A DNA stretch of 64,000 bases from Acanthaster planci (lineage: Eukaryota): the NCBI RefSeq assembly GCF_001949145.1, contig NW_019091360.1, positions 2,602,864-2,666,863 of the forward strand, written 5' to 3'. Position numbers and translations under genes: made by a program. Position 1 is the first letter of the stretch; each line of letters begins with the position of its first letter. The notes beneath the pieces were generated by a model. The model was not told the origin of the DNA. It was given only the letters and a program-made list of their open reading frames with translations, and ran no database searches. Below, one piece after another: positions 40,890-52,125 of the stretch.

Positions 40890-41320
40890 CCTACAGGAAG
40901 GTTAGGGGTAATTGTCATAATACGGGCGTGGTTAACTGCAAGCTAGCTCGATCAGGTTAGTGGACCCTTAGAAACTTAAGTGCTAATGTAAATGTCCGGC
41001 TTTACTTTCCTATTATAAAAACATCCTCCAAAATGCTCCAACCAACTTATTTTTCACCAAGAAAAAAATTACTACATCATGATGAGGAGTTCAAGCTGAA
41101 CCCTCGGCTTGTTTGTTTCAAAAAGTGTAACATGTATAACGCTCTTCTAACAGCACTACCATGCAAGTCGGCCAGAAAGGCAAGTTTGTTGTGTCTTATA
41201 CTTAAACGTTCTTTAACCCCATATATGATAATTGCCCCCAACTTTCCTAGATGAAAAACGCATGCGCAACGGTTAAGATACGCCCATTTTACTATAATTA
41301 CCCCTAACGTTCCTAGGAAC
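40890..41320. mobile_element. Degenerate MITE with ~45-bp inverted arms
   Basis: AGGAAGGTTAGGGGTAATTGTCATAATACGGGCGTGGTTAAC (~40895-40935) pairs with GTTAAGATACGCCCATTTTACTATAATTACCCCTAACGTTCCT (~41272-41314). Confidence 0.5.
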
Positions 41321-41540
41321 AATTATTAGGCGAACCGGACTGCCGTGGGGTATCCAAATCATACATATGATGATCTTTCTCCACACCACAGGCGCATAAT
41401 CATGTCATGGACATGGTGTTCAAATATGTCAAAGCAAAGCAAACTAAGAAGGTCATGCTTGTGTGCCTTCTCACACAGTTGCTGTATGCTGTTGGGCAGT
41501 CGGAGCTCAGCAGGAACTGCAAAATGCTCTAGTACTAGGC

Positions 41541-41653
41541 TAGTCTGAATAATCTTGGACCCTTCAAATCACCTTTTTAAAACATTTGGACATTGTTGGA
41601 CGATCCCCGACCCCGACAATGTCCAAATGTTTGAAAATGTTTGACTTGGACTA
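41541..41653. mobile_element. MITE with TAG..CTA termini and 9-bp TSD (Academ-like)
   Basis: TAGTC...GACTA ends, inner arms AAACATTTGGACATTGTTGG / CCGACAATGTCCAAATGTTT, and a perfect TSD GTACTAGGC at 41532-41540 and 41654-41662. Confidence 0.8.
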
Positions 41654-43903
41654 GTACTAGGCCGGCTAGGCCAACTGACTAGTCACATTACTTCAATCTA
41701 GTTTCTAGAATTCTCTTTTTCAAGCAAGTCTTTATCAAAAAAGACGGGTAACGCCTAAGTTACATACATGTACATAATCCACCGCTCTCTTGTAGTGACT
41801 GATCAATAAACATACCGGTAAGCCCAGAAACAGGTCAACGTTTGTCGAGTCACGCCTTGGACAACTCATACCTTCACAGAAATCAGAGCCTGCTCAGAGC
41901 TTACTATTATTGCAATCAACTTGAACAATAATTTGGTTTCTTAGTCGTGTTCATGACCTGATTTGCCGTTTGGCTGCACTCCCTTCCCTACATGCTGGTA
42001 TGGTGACATAGACGTGTCGATGGTCAGGTACCTGGCACTGGTCAACATGGCTGGCTGTTGTTGCATGCAATCTTCACTGGACTCTTCACCATTGCATTGA
42101 ATGGCAGTGTGCCTACTTTTTGAAATTCTGTATCAGTGGAGTGATGTCATGTTTTCATTTACTTCAAAGTTTCTAAAGTTTCTAAAGTAATAATAGTTGT
42201 AACTTGTCCAAGCAAGAATTAAAAAGAAAATAAGGCAATACCCCCCCCACCCCAAATGAGTCCAGAAACATTTCCAAATGAAATCAAGACATAGCAAGTT
42301 TTATTAAGTACACCCCCCCAATAAAAAACTTTTAATGGAAAAAAGAAGACAACGGACGATTTACAGATAAAGGTACAGCCAAAAACTCCTGGTTGGAAGA
42401 CATTATTTACAGTCTCTCACACCAGTGGCTGTGTACTACATTGTACGTACGGATGGTGTGCCCTGCTTGTGCCAGATTGGCATCACGGCCTCTCAGTGGT
42501 TGAGTCAAATTGGTAAACGGTCAGGTTGTTCAACATCCATCAGGTAAACAAACGGTGCTAATGCCCACAGCAGGCACTATGCAGAAGATCTCTGGGGGGG
42601 GGGAGGTTATGAAGATGTTTCCTTGATGTGTTTGTCAAATCTAATCCTTAAACATGCTGAAAAGGAAAGGCATGAAAGTTACATTTGAATTGTGAACATG
42701 AAGGTACGAGTGGTCTTAACTTGAAGTACCGGGGTATGAGTCGTCCAAGGTACGACTTGACTCGAAAGCATAAGCCCAGGTGTTTACTGTCAAAATTGTA
42801 GGCCTACAAACACAATGGTAAAGTCCCTTTAGTGATATATTGATGCTTAAGATGTCAGTCACCAGGTCACGGTACAGTCACCTGATGAAAACATAATTCC
42901 TCCCTCCACCTCTGAAAATGGCCGAGCTGATATTGAAGTTGGCCTTTGACCCAACGTACATGTATGTGACCCAGTACTTTGTAATCAGGAATAAGTCGCT
43001 GAGGCCATTTTACGAAAAAAATTGATGAGGCAGATTGTGTTTATTTTGGAAGTGTACAATGTATGTACGAAAGGTTACCATCAACACACTTGTAATGTGT
43101 ACCATTTGAAAGCTGGTGAAATTCCCTTTCTGAGCATGCATACATGTATCTCAAAAAGTCAATTTGCAATTTATTCCTGATTTCACATATGCACACAAAC
43201 CCACCAGAGGCATGTGCACTGTGTAAGCATACCAAGTGTTTGGTAAGACCCGTAAAGTGGGCCCTAATGTGTACTCTATCAATGGAGGAGTAGACTGTAC
43301 AGAGGTGTGTCTAGTGCTTGGTGTGATTGGTACCCTGTGGGCAATGAAAGGATGGTGATTAAAACCTCCCATTTATCATGAAACAGTCAGTCACCTGGTC
43401 AAAAAACAACTGTTCCCAAGTTTTAGAGATACATGTATATAGATCTACCAAAATGGCTTTTTGGGGGAAGAATTGATTGAGAATCGAGAATTCTAAACTA
43501 AAGTGATTCCTGTGTCGAAGCATTTTGCAATTTCTACAGAGTTTCGACCTCTCAGACAGTACTTGTAAATGTGCTGTAAGGTACAGAGGGATGCCTTTTA
43601 GTTTCTGGAAGTACATGAAGCATACCTTCATGGGTGATTAAAAAAAATCATGCTTATCAAATGCTTTTTAATGTCTTACCTTAATGTCCTTTCATGGCAC
43701 GTACATGTACATGTAGGACGTGGCTTACATTATTTGGACTTCAACCTTTGTGTCAACATCATCTTGAAAACTGCTAATAAGAAGTTAATACATGTAATAC
43801 AAACATGAAAGTCATGAAGTTGTGAGACAAGTGCTCATTTTGTAATGCTAGAAATCACTTTCTTGTATTTTTTGTTTTTTGTAGGTTTTTCTGTCCAGAG
43901 AAA

Positions 43904-45671
43904 ATGACGAACGTCAATCATATTTTTAAGATCCTGTTTGCCTTGCTGTCTGCTGCTGTTGTTCTGTTCATCATTAGTAAGTCCAGTCAGTGCTGTCATT
44001 AAAGGGGTCAGGCGATGAAGTTTTCCTAGATAAAAGTTTTGTTTAACTTTATGCTCTGTAGCAGAAAAAAGTTAATGTTCTGCTGGGTTCATTTGGAAAA
44101 GTGCACTTTTCAAACAAGTAAAAGTTGTCCTAATCTTTTCTGGACAACAGAGGGCACTGTTGCTGTGATGTCACGTAGGGAAGATACTGCTCAGTTTTTA
44201 GGCTTTTCTGTTCAAGCTGTGAACCTGAAATTTGATCTTTGAAATCATTTCTGAGAAAGGTTTGTTCGTCGGGTTATTGCCATGTACTCGACCAACAATG
44301 AAACACCATAGAAAATGAACGTTTGAACAGCAAAGTATTGAAAATTCCAGCATAAATTTTGTGCATAAATCATGCTACATTGAAATTTACCCCGGAATTA
44401 CATCACAGTATTTTTCACGAGTAATTATAATCAAATCCTCAACTGTAGTTGATAAACTCAGGTTTGTCTCAAATTTGATGTCTACTTTTTAAAACTTTCT
44501 GGTTTTGTGATTTAAAACTGTATTGGTTTTTTAAACTAAATTCTCAAAATTTGAATTCTTGGTTTCAGAATTCTTGATTACAACTTACTTAAATCTCAAC
44601 TAGAATGCTCCCTGAAACAATCCTTATGACTGATGTTTACTTCCTTTCGCAGTTTATTCACAAAATAGAAGCACACCTCTTACACCAGCCCGTAATGACG
44701 CAGAGACTACTGGGCAGAATGTACCACTCACGAATTATGGACCACTGTCCAATTGCAGTCTGGCCGACATCAAGAAGAGGCCAGGTGTGGTCATGCTGAC
44801 CACTGCAAACCTGGCCTTTGTGGACTTTGTGCTCAACATGCTGGCAAGTGTCAGACGGGCGGGAGTATGCATCAACACTACGGTCATTGCGGAGGACCAG
44901 ACAGCTTACAAGGTGTTGCACAAATACGCCATGGGGGACCCAGCAGTGCATGTGCGGAAGACGACGTCAGGAGAGATGGACGCGATAGAGCACTCACGCC
45001 ATACTGTAACCCAGTACTACGGGATTATGAATAAACGCCAGGCATACATTTTGGCTTTGTTGGAGCAAGGTCTTGAGATTTTGTTCACCAACTCTGACAC
45101 ATTTTGGTTCAGAAATCCGTTTCCTTATTTTGAAGGCAACTTTGACATGTTCATGAGGGGTACACGGAGCCACTACCCGACGAGACGAGTCAAAGAGACA
45201 AGATTCTGTTCCGGGTTCATATACCTGAAACCAACCAACGCGACCGTGAAGTTTATGAGGGAGTGGGTAAAGATCATGGACAGCAACAAGAAATGGGGGA
45301 ACTACAAACCTGATCAGTCAGTGATGATCAGGTTGCTTCAGGCCGACAAGCCCAAGCATGTCAACGTCAAGATGCTGGACCCAAACCTATTCCCCTGGGG
45401 ACCGGAATTTTTCAACCCTTCATGGCCGAGGAAAAACCACTCGACTGTGGTCATGCACGCTGCCAGCATTCACGGGCATGCCAACAAACTGACGAAGTTC
45501 CAGGAGTATGGCATTTGGTTGGTTGATGTCACAAATTTGGCCGAAGATCTCGGCAAAGTCGGACATATGTACGCTTTTGTGCTTTCATTAGTTTTTTTCC
45601 TGCTCTTCACTGCTGCTTTATGTCTAGGGTCCCATGCGGGGTATAAACTAGTTCCGTACTACAAATACTGA
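43904..45671 (+). CDS. Nucleotide-diphospho-sugar transferase (Nucleotid_trans / GT77-like), ~363 aa
   Basis: Exon 43904-43976 (MTNVNHIFKILFALLSAAVVLFII, type II anchor) splices in phase 1 to 44653-45671. Family motifs: TTANLAFVDFVLNM, RQAYILALLEQGLEILFTNSDTFWFRNPF, CSGFIYLKPT, DQ, LDPNLFPWG, VVMHA and K..KFQEYGIW. AATAAA at 45691-45696. Confidence 0.85.
44085..44175. repeat. Dispersed repeat with an inverted second copy at ~47228-47315
   Basis: GGAAAAGTGCACTTTT...TTGTCC...AGAGGGCA.TGTTG..TGATGTCA is present in both orientations. TTAAAGG upstream at ~43999 suggests a Kolobok-like family. Confidence 0.55.
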
Positions 45672-48416
45672 CATTGTCTATAGTGGTGAAAATAAATCAA
45701 ACTTATTTTACTATTCGGAATTAACCTCTGAGGAAGTCAGCACTGTAAATGTTAAACTTCTACACTTGACCACGCTTTACAAATGATTTATTTCAACATT
45801 AAATGTTCCAAGACGTTCATTTGTTTGTATATTTTGAAGCGATTTAATATGCTACTACAATGCCGAATTTGCAAGGCTTATTTGTGTGCAACAAAATCAA
45901 GAAGTACTTTCTTAAAGAAAGAATTAAATAAGTGTGTGTAAATTAACAGGGTGTGAGGTTTGAGGGAAAATGAAATATCAACCAAAAGGGTCACCAGAGG
46001 GCTTGAGCGCCCCACAGCAGCGTAGGATCTATGGTATACATTGTGTTTGCCTGAGGGCAACCATTCAAATGGCCATGCCTTGTGTTATCATTTTTTTTTA
46101 CATAAAAACACCTAAATGGTCAACTCAGGAGTTTCCAGTTTTTGAAGGGGATTGTTTGAAAAAGCCTGAAATTAAGAAAGCGCTGATTAACATATCCTGA
46201 AAGCAGAAAAAAAACCTTACAATTCTCACGCAGCTTAGTACTTAAGGGAGACGGAGAAGCATAGCACTTTTGGCTGACAAAATGTCAACAGCAGAGGGAG
46301 TGGGTTACGTGCAGTTCAGAGGCATTGTCATGGAGACTGGCTATTTGTATGCCCGTTCCTCTTAGTTTTCTTTCCCTTTTTCTGAAATAATTTTTCTTTT
46401 TTTAATTTACCCCGGGAGGGGGGGAGCCACCCAAAGCCTATGTCTGCAGGAAGAAATGTTTCTAGAGAGCAGAACTGGTACCAGATTTCAGTAGATAATT
46501 ACAAGGGGGAAGGTTTAAGATATCACTTGAGTGACCATCCTGCACATGCTCAAAACTGGTTCAGCATAGTATTCTTCCCTACTCTCTCTTATCCTTGATA
46601 GGATGACTTGCATGTAATACATTTATATATTCATCATACAGTGATGCAAAAGTACCATGTGCAATTGTATGTTTTGGGGGTACTTGTAGATAGCAAAACG
46701 TAATGCAGTGTTTCTTGTGTGCCGTTGACAGGGTACGCGATTTTTCAGTTGTGCTATTTTAATGACATATGAAGCAAGATATGGAACGGAGAGCACCCTC
46801 CCACCTTTGTCTTGGTCATTGTTTGATCAGAATCTCAGGAATTCTTTACAGACATCTGGAGGATATGTTAGGTAACTGTTCTCTAGGGTGTGTATAGGGA
46901 TTTGACGTGTGGGGGTACCCCTCCGTCCCATATCTTGCTGGGAATAGTTAATAAAGGACCTTTTTGGTTTTATATTTTTATGTTAATGTGAATTTGTATA
47001 CTGAACAAACTTGTATGTCATCTACTCCTAAGGCAGAAACTTCAGTGTTTCAGCTATTCTGGTACTAAAATTTCCCAGAAATTGGGACATTTTGATGTTT
47101 CTTTTGTGATTTGTCATGTAAGTGGAACAAATTGTGACAGTAGGCCAGTGAGTAAAGTATTTCAGTGAGAAAATTCTGGATTTACAATTTGAACAGAAGA
47201 GCCTCATAATGAACAATGTCTTCCTTTGATGACATCACAACACTGCCCTCTTTTGTTAGCAAAACATGGACAATTATGTTTTTAAAAAGTGCACTTTTCC
47301 ATGAGTAACCAAAACGTTACTCGAAATGCACCTGTAAACTTCAGATCATGAACCTTGTAATAGCTATAACGCAACCAGGAATTAGCTGATCTTTGAAACA
47401 GCAAATAATTGAAATTTGCATAAATCTTTCTGAGACTGTCTCTTCATACATGTACATCCTAGGTTTAACAAGTAATATTTACCTTTACATAATGTCTGCA
47501 TTTACATCCCACTAATGTACAAATTTAGTACATGTATAGGGTGTAGAAATCAAGAGTCTGTTCACTTAAATCCTTTTATATTCCAATGTTATTGCGCTGC
47601 AGTGCGTTAATAAATAATGACTTTTTTAAGCAACCATGCCGAAGACTTGTGAAACTTTGAAAAAAAAAAGAGTAAATGTAATTTTCTCTATTCAGTATTT
47701 GTTAATTGTTACGAAACGCATAGGCATACACCTAATTTACAGGGCTGTGGTCAAATCCAGCTGCAAAGGGATTCTTTTGGTTCAGTTCATGGTATAGCTC
47801 ATGACTTGACATAAAACTGGATGACTTGAAATTCTAAAGATATGCAATACAAAACTGCTGCAAACTGCTTGCTGACTACAGTGACCTAAAATACAAATCT
47901 CAAAATACGGAGGGCCTGACGTTTCCATCCTAGCAAAATCTTTCTCAAAGGCAATGAAATTCTGATGAATTTGCAAGGCCACAAAAGCGCTTTAAATTAA
48001 TAGACTTGCAGTCCAAACAGGCTGGAGGCTTGCTACCCTCAATATTTTCTTCGTATAGTGTTTGGTCCAGCACTAAGAATAACTTGTTTGATTTTGAAAA
48101 AATTCTGCATGTGGATTAATCCAAGTTGTGCAGTGTGAATTCAAATTGGTGAGAATTCCCCCGTATACGTACATCACTAATTTCCCTTGCAGTAGTTTAG
48201 CAGCCACCAGAAAGTGAAAATGTCCATAATACAAAGTTAGCAGGGAAAATGTTGAAAGGCAGGATGTCAAGTTATGTCTGGGTACCGATATGATACTCTT
48301 CCAAATTGCGAATCAAAGTTGACGCAACTTACCTGGCATGCCTGGAATTACAGTCTCTGTCAAAGTCCTCCAAAGCAGTTTTAAGGGTAATTTGGAGTGA
48401 ATCCCAGAGGTAAAGC

Positions 48417-48996
48417 NNNNNNNNNNNNNNNNNNNNNNNNNNNNNNNNNNNNNNNNNNNNNNNNNNNNNNNNNNNNNNNNNNNNNNNNNNNNNNNNNNNN
48501 NNNNNNNNNNNNNNNNNNNNNNNNNNNNNNNNNNNNNNNNNNNNNNNNNNNNNNNNNNNNNNNNNNNNNNNNNNNNNNNNNNNNNNNNNNNNNNNNNNNN
48601 NNNNNNNNNNNNNNNNNNNNNNNNNNNNNNNNNNNNNNNNNNNNNNNNNNNNNNNNNNNNNNNNNNNNNNNNNNNNNNNNNNNNNNNNNNNNNNNNNNNN
48701 NNNNNNNNNNNNNNNNNNNNNNNNNNNNNNNNNNNNNNNNNNNNNNNNNNNNNNNNNNNNNNNNNNNNNNNNNNNNNNNNNNNNNNNNNNNNNNNNNNNN
48801 NNNNNNNNNNNNNNNNNNNNNNNNNNNNNNNNNNNNNNNNNNNNNNNNNNNNNNNNNNNNNNNNNNNNNNNNNNNNNNNNNNNNNNNNNNNNNNNNNNNN
48901 NNNNNNNNNNNNNNNNNNNNNNNNNNNNNNNNNNNNNNNNNNNNNNNNNNNNNNNNNNNNNNNNNNNNNNNNNNNNNNNNNNNNNNNNNNNNNNNN
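48417..48996. other. Assembly gap (N run)
   Basis: 580 N bases. Confidence 1.
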
Positions 48997-49197
48997 ATCT
49001 TTGGTACTTTTGTCATGTTTCTGCATCGCGAACTGCTTGAACCATTCCAACATCAGATGGTTGAGCACGTCATTGCATATTGAATGGTGACGATGCATGC
49101 ATGACGATTGACCAGATAGACATACATGTACTGTTCATGACATGATTGATACTGATATCGCTAGACTAGAGTTCCTCAGTATATAGAATTCTGTGAC

Positions 49198-49282
49198 TAC
49201 CCCCAGAACTGTGGGGTCCGACGTCCACTCCGCTCCCACAAAGCCTCAAGGGCAGACGTCAGACCTCACAGTTCTGGGGGTA
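49198..49282. repeat. 28-bp inverted repeat hairpin (small MITE) upstream of SPC24
   Basis: TACCCCCAGAACTGTGGGGTCCGACGTC / GACGTCAGACCTCACAGTTCTGGGGGTA, with 2 mismatches. Confidence 0.8.
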
Positions 49283-49637
49283 CCTGGCGACTAGGCCTGT
49301 AATAATATAGCATGTATGCTCACAGACGTGATAGACGTTCATCATGGATGTTGTCATTCCAACTAGGGTATCGTCTTAGGCCTACCTTTATTGCTAAAAA
49401 AATTACTGAGGCAGCCTGGACCTTGTTGCGACATGCACGACATGTCCGAACTCATAATCACGAAGTCAAAAATTTTAAAAGTAAGCACACAACACTAGGT
49501 AAGTCATTGTAATTCTTTCACCATGCTCAACAAAGTCCATTTGTAACGTTCACATTCAGGACAAAACCAAACCAAATTAAGTGAATTTATTGTACACGTA
49601 TGTATGTGTAATTGCAGCTTTTCTGAGGCTAGACGAA

Positions 49638-52125
49638 ATGGCCTCAGCTAATCTGTCCGATGTAATCACCTTGATTGAGGAGGGAAAAGCTGTCCAGGCA
49701 ACACAGGAGATCGGCCTGTGTTTCCAAGATGGTTCCAGCACCACAAAGCTCACACAGTTTGGCGAGGCCATTCAAGAGATGAAGCAGACAGAGGAACGGC
49801 AGAAAGAGACTTTGAAAGACATCATCCAAGGTATGAAGTTAAAAGCGATCGCCTTTTAATCCCGAACACAGTTTGGCCTCCGTTCACTCCAGGGCTGCTA
49901 CTTTATGTGGCGCCCTCTAGTGACAGAAATATGAAGAGTTACTACAAGGTGGCCTTGCAACAATGCCTCACCTGGTGAACAGCTCCTGCGTGAATAAATA
50001 AAAGGATTGTACACAATCAGTTAGAAATAGGTCACGTAGGACGTTTATTCACCTGTGTGGCTTGGCCAGGCCAGGCCTTTCCACCACAGTGAGAGGACAG
50101 TTTCTTTTGTTAGGAAGTTGAGAGTTGATATTTACAAAAATTTGTCCTCATAGTGTGTTTGGTCTTGTAACATCTATATTTTAACACCCTTGTAGTTCCC
50201 ACAACTATTTTCACTGGCTTTATGGAAACCTGCGCATAAAGTCACAGGAAATCAATAGCTGTAAGTGTCACCTGCAGCCTTAGTCCATGTCATCAAAACT
50301 CTACATCTTTCAGTGCCAAAATGCTTCAAATTCCGAATCTGTCAGGGAATAATGCTGGTATCGCTGTGTATTTTTTTTCTGTGGCTGCAGGATACCTGGA
50401 CATGAAGGATGAGAGAGCAGCCTGTGTGTCACGTGACCAGTCCCATGATGCAGTTACTCCCGAGATAGGCGAGGCCCAAAGAGACAAAGCCAAGAGCTGG
50501 GAGAAACTTGCCACATTCCAACAGGAGGTCCAATATCCTTTATGCAAACATAGAAAAAGCCAATCAGCTCATATGGAATCAGTCATGTGGCGGGAAAAAC
50601 TGGTGGAAGATTTCCATGTTTGTCACAACGTAGGGAATCAGGTTGGCATAGTGGTTCTTTCTTTGTCTCTCAATTCCTGGCTCAGGCCATGTGTGGATTG
50701 GGTTTGCAGTCCCGACCAAATTCCCTTGGTTTTATCCAAAAATTCTTCTGGAGTTTTCTTCCTACTTCTAAAACTGTCAATTCTTCTCATCTCCTCTCTA
50801 CAGGTTTCTTGGGGCTTATGAGCTACATTGTCTGGGGCACTTTTGAGGAATCCTTGGTTTCATTACCAGAAATGCTTAATGACAAGCTTCACTGAAACCT
50901 CCAGTTGTGAAATATTGATGTACATTTTTAACTTGCTTTTTTTGCACTGGCACTAGCTCTCAGTAAAGGCCTACTATTCAATGAAATCTCACATGAAACT
51001 ACACCTGTGATTATTGATGGCAGGAAGACTTCTTTAGATAAATCAGGTGTAAAAGTTGTGTCATAACTAGAACCAGCTTGAAATGTGTGTCGATCATTTA
51101 TCGTAACCAAGTTGTCTACAGCTGTTCAGAGGGAGTTGGATCACTTGGCAGATCTACAGGTTAAACTGGAGAGTCACCGGGAGACAGTGAAGGAGCAGAC
51201 AACCGACGTCCTCCCCAAGACCAGGTGAGTCTCCGCCCCTCCTTTTACCACTAAGTTTCATTACAATCCATAGACAGTTTTCAAGCATGGTAGGATACTT
51301 ATTTGAAGGTTGGTGACACGTTTGTTAAGTTCACTGGAGCTCACTTCAGCAAATAGGAGCCAAATATTCTTTGAAAAAAACCTGAAAACTTGAACTAAAC
51401 CTTGGTTATGAGTGCAAGTAAAGTAATCATCAAATGATTTGGGACTTTTCTTTCAGATACAATGTAAGTCTCTACAAAGCTGCAACCAAGCTAACGTGGG
51501 ATTTCAACAGTCAACCCGAGGAGGTTAAAGGCTGTATCCTTTGCACTCTGACATCCTATTTGTTTGTCTCTCTATCCATTTGTATGCCTGTCTGGTTGGT
51601 CTTAATATTGTCAAAACTCTATTACTACTGTTGGAGAGAAATCTTATCTACCTTTTCCTAAGCTACACTTAAATAGAAAAATGCACCTTTTTGTGTTTTC
51701 TGATCAAGTAAAATGTAGCAATGAAGTTCTGTGGACAAAATATCAAAGAATGTAATATAATACTGGTTAATTTGGAACAAAGATAATGTGAATAAATCTC
51801 ACAGTCACGTAAAACAAAATAAATGTTCTTTATCTGTGAAATATTACTTGACATCTTAGACCAAAAAAAGTTTTGTCCAAATAGAACTTTCATAAAAGAA
51901 GAAAATACCAAACTTTGATACAAATATACAATTTTACAAATATAGAACTTCATGTCATATTTTATTTGCTATCACTTGTTCTTGTTTGGAGCATAATTCC
52001 TTAACAATATCTGACCAGACATTTCAACTTCCAAGGATGTCAGACCATTTTCTCTGGACAGCCGGCAGAACTCCAAATTCTTCATAACCAACTACCTCTG
52101 GGACCTTATTGAATCAACGGCATAA
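49638..52125 (+). CDS. SPC24: Kinetochore protein Spc24 (NDC80 complex), 207 aa
   Basis: Exons 49638-49830, 50391-50532, 51120-51224, 51457-51533 and 52019-52125 (624 nt). An N-terminal coiled coil precedes the Spc24 globular motif SLYKAATKLTWDF..VKGYI...PFSLD...FFITNYLWDLI. Introns 2 and 4 are U12-type. Confidence 0.9.
50533..51119 (+). other. U12-type AT-AC intron (SPC24 intron 2)
   Basis: Donor ATATCCTTT, acceptor ..TCTAC, and a degenerate branch site TATCGTAAC ~12 nt upstream. Splicing here restores the frame (CA|A = Gln). Confidence 0.85.
51534..52018 (+). other. U12-type GT-AG intron (SPC24 intron 4)
   Basis: Donor GTATCCTTT and a perfect branch site TTCCTTAAC at 51997-52005. There is no polypyrimidine tract before the CAG acceptor. 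Confidence 0.9.

Noticed and set aside
30070..43631. Short ORFs in the ZP-GT77 interval as a hidden gene
   Set aside because: No recognisable domains or phase-consistent exon chain were found. A lncRNA or very small exons cannot be excluded.
48313..49098. Long ORFs spanning the N run (also 59592-59961)
   Set aside because: These are artefacts of translating assembly gaps.
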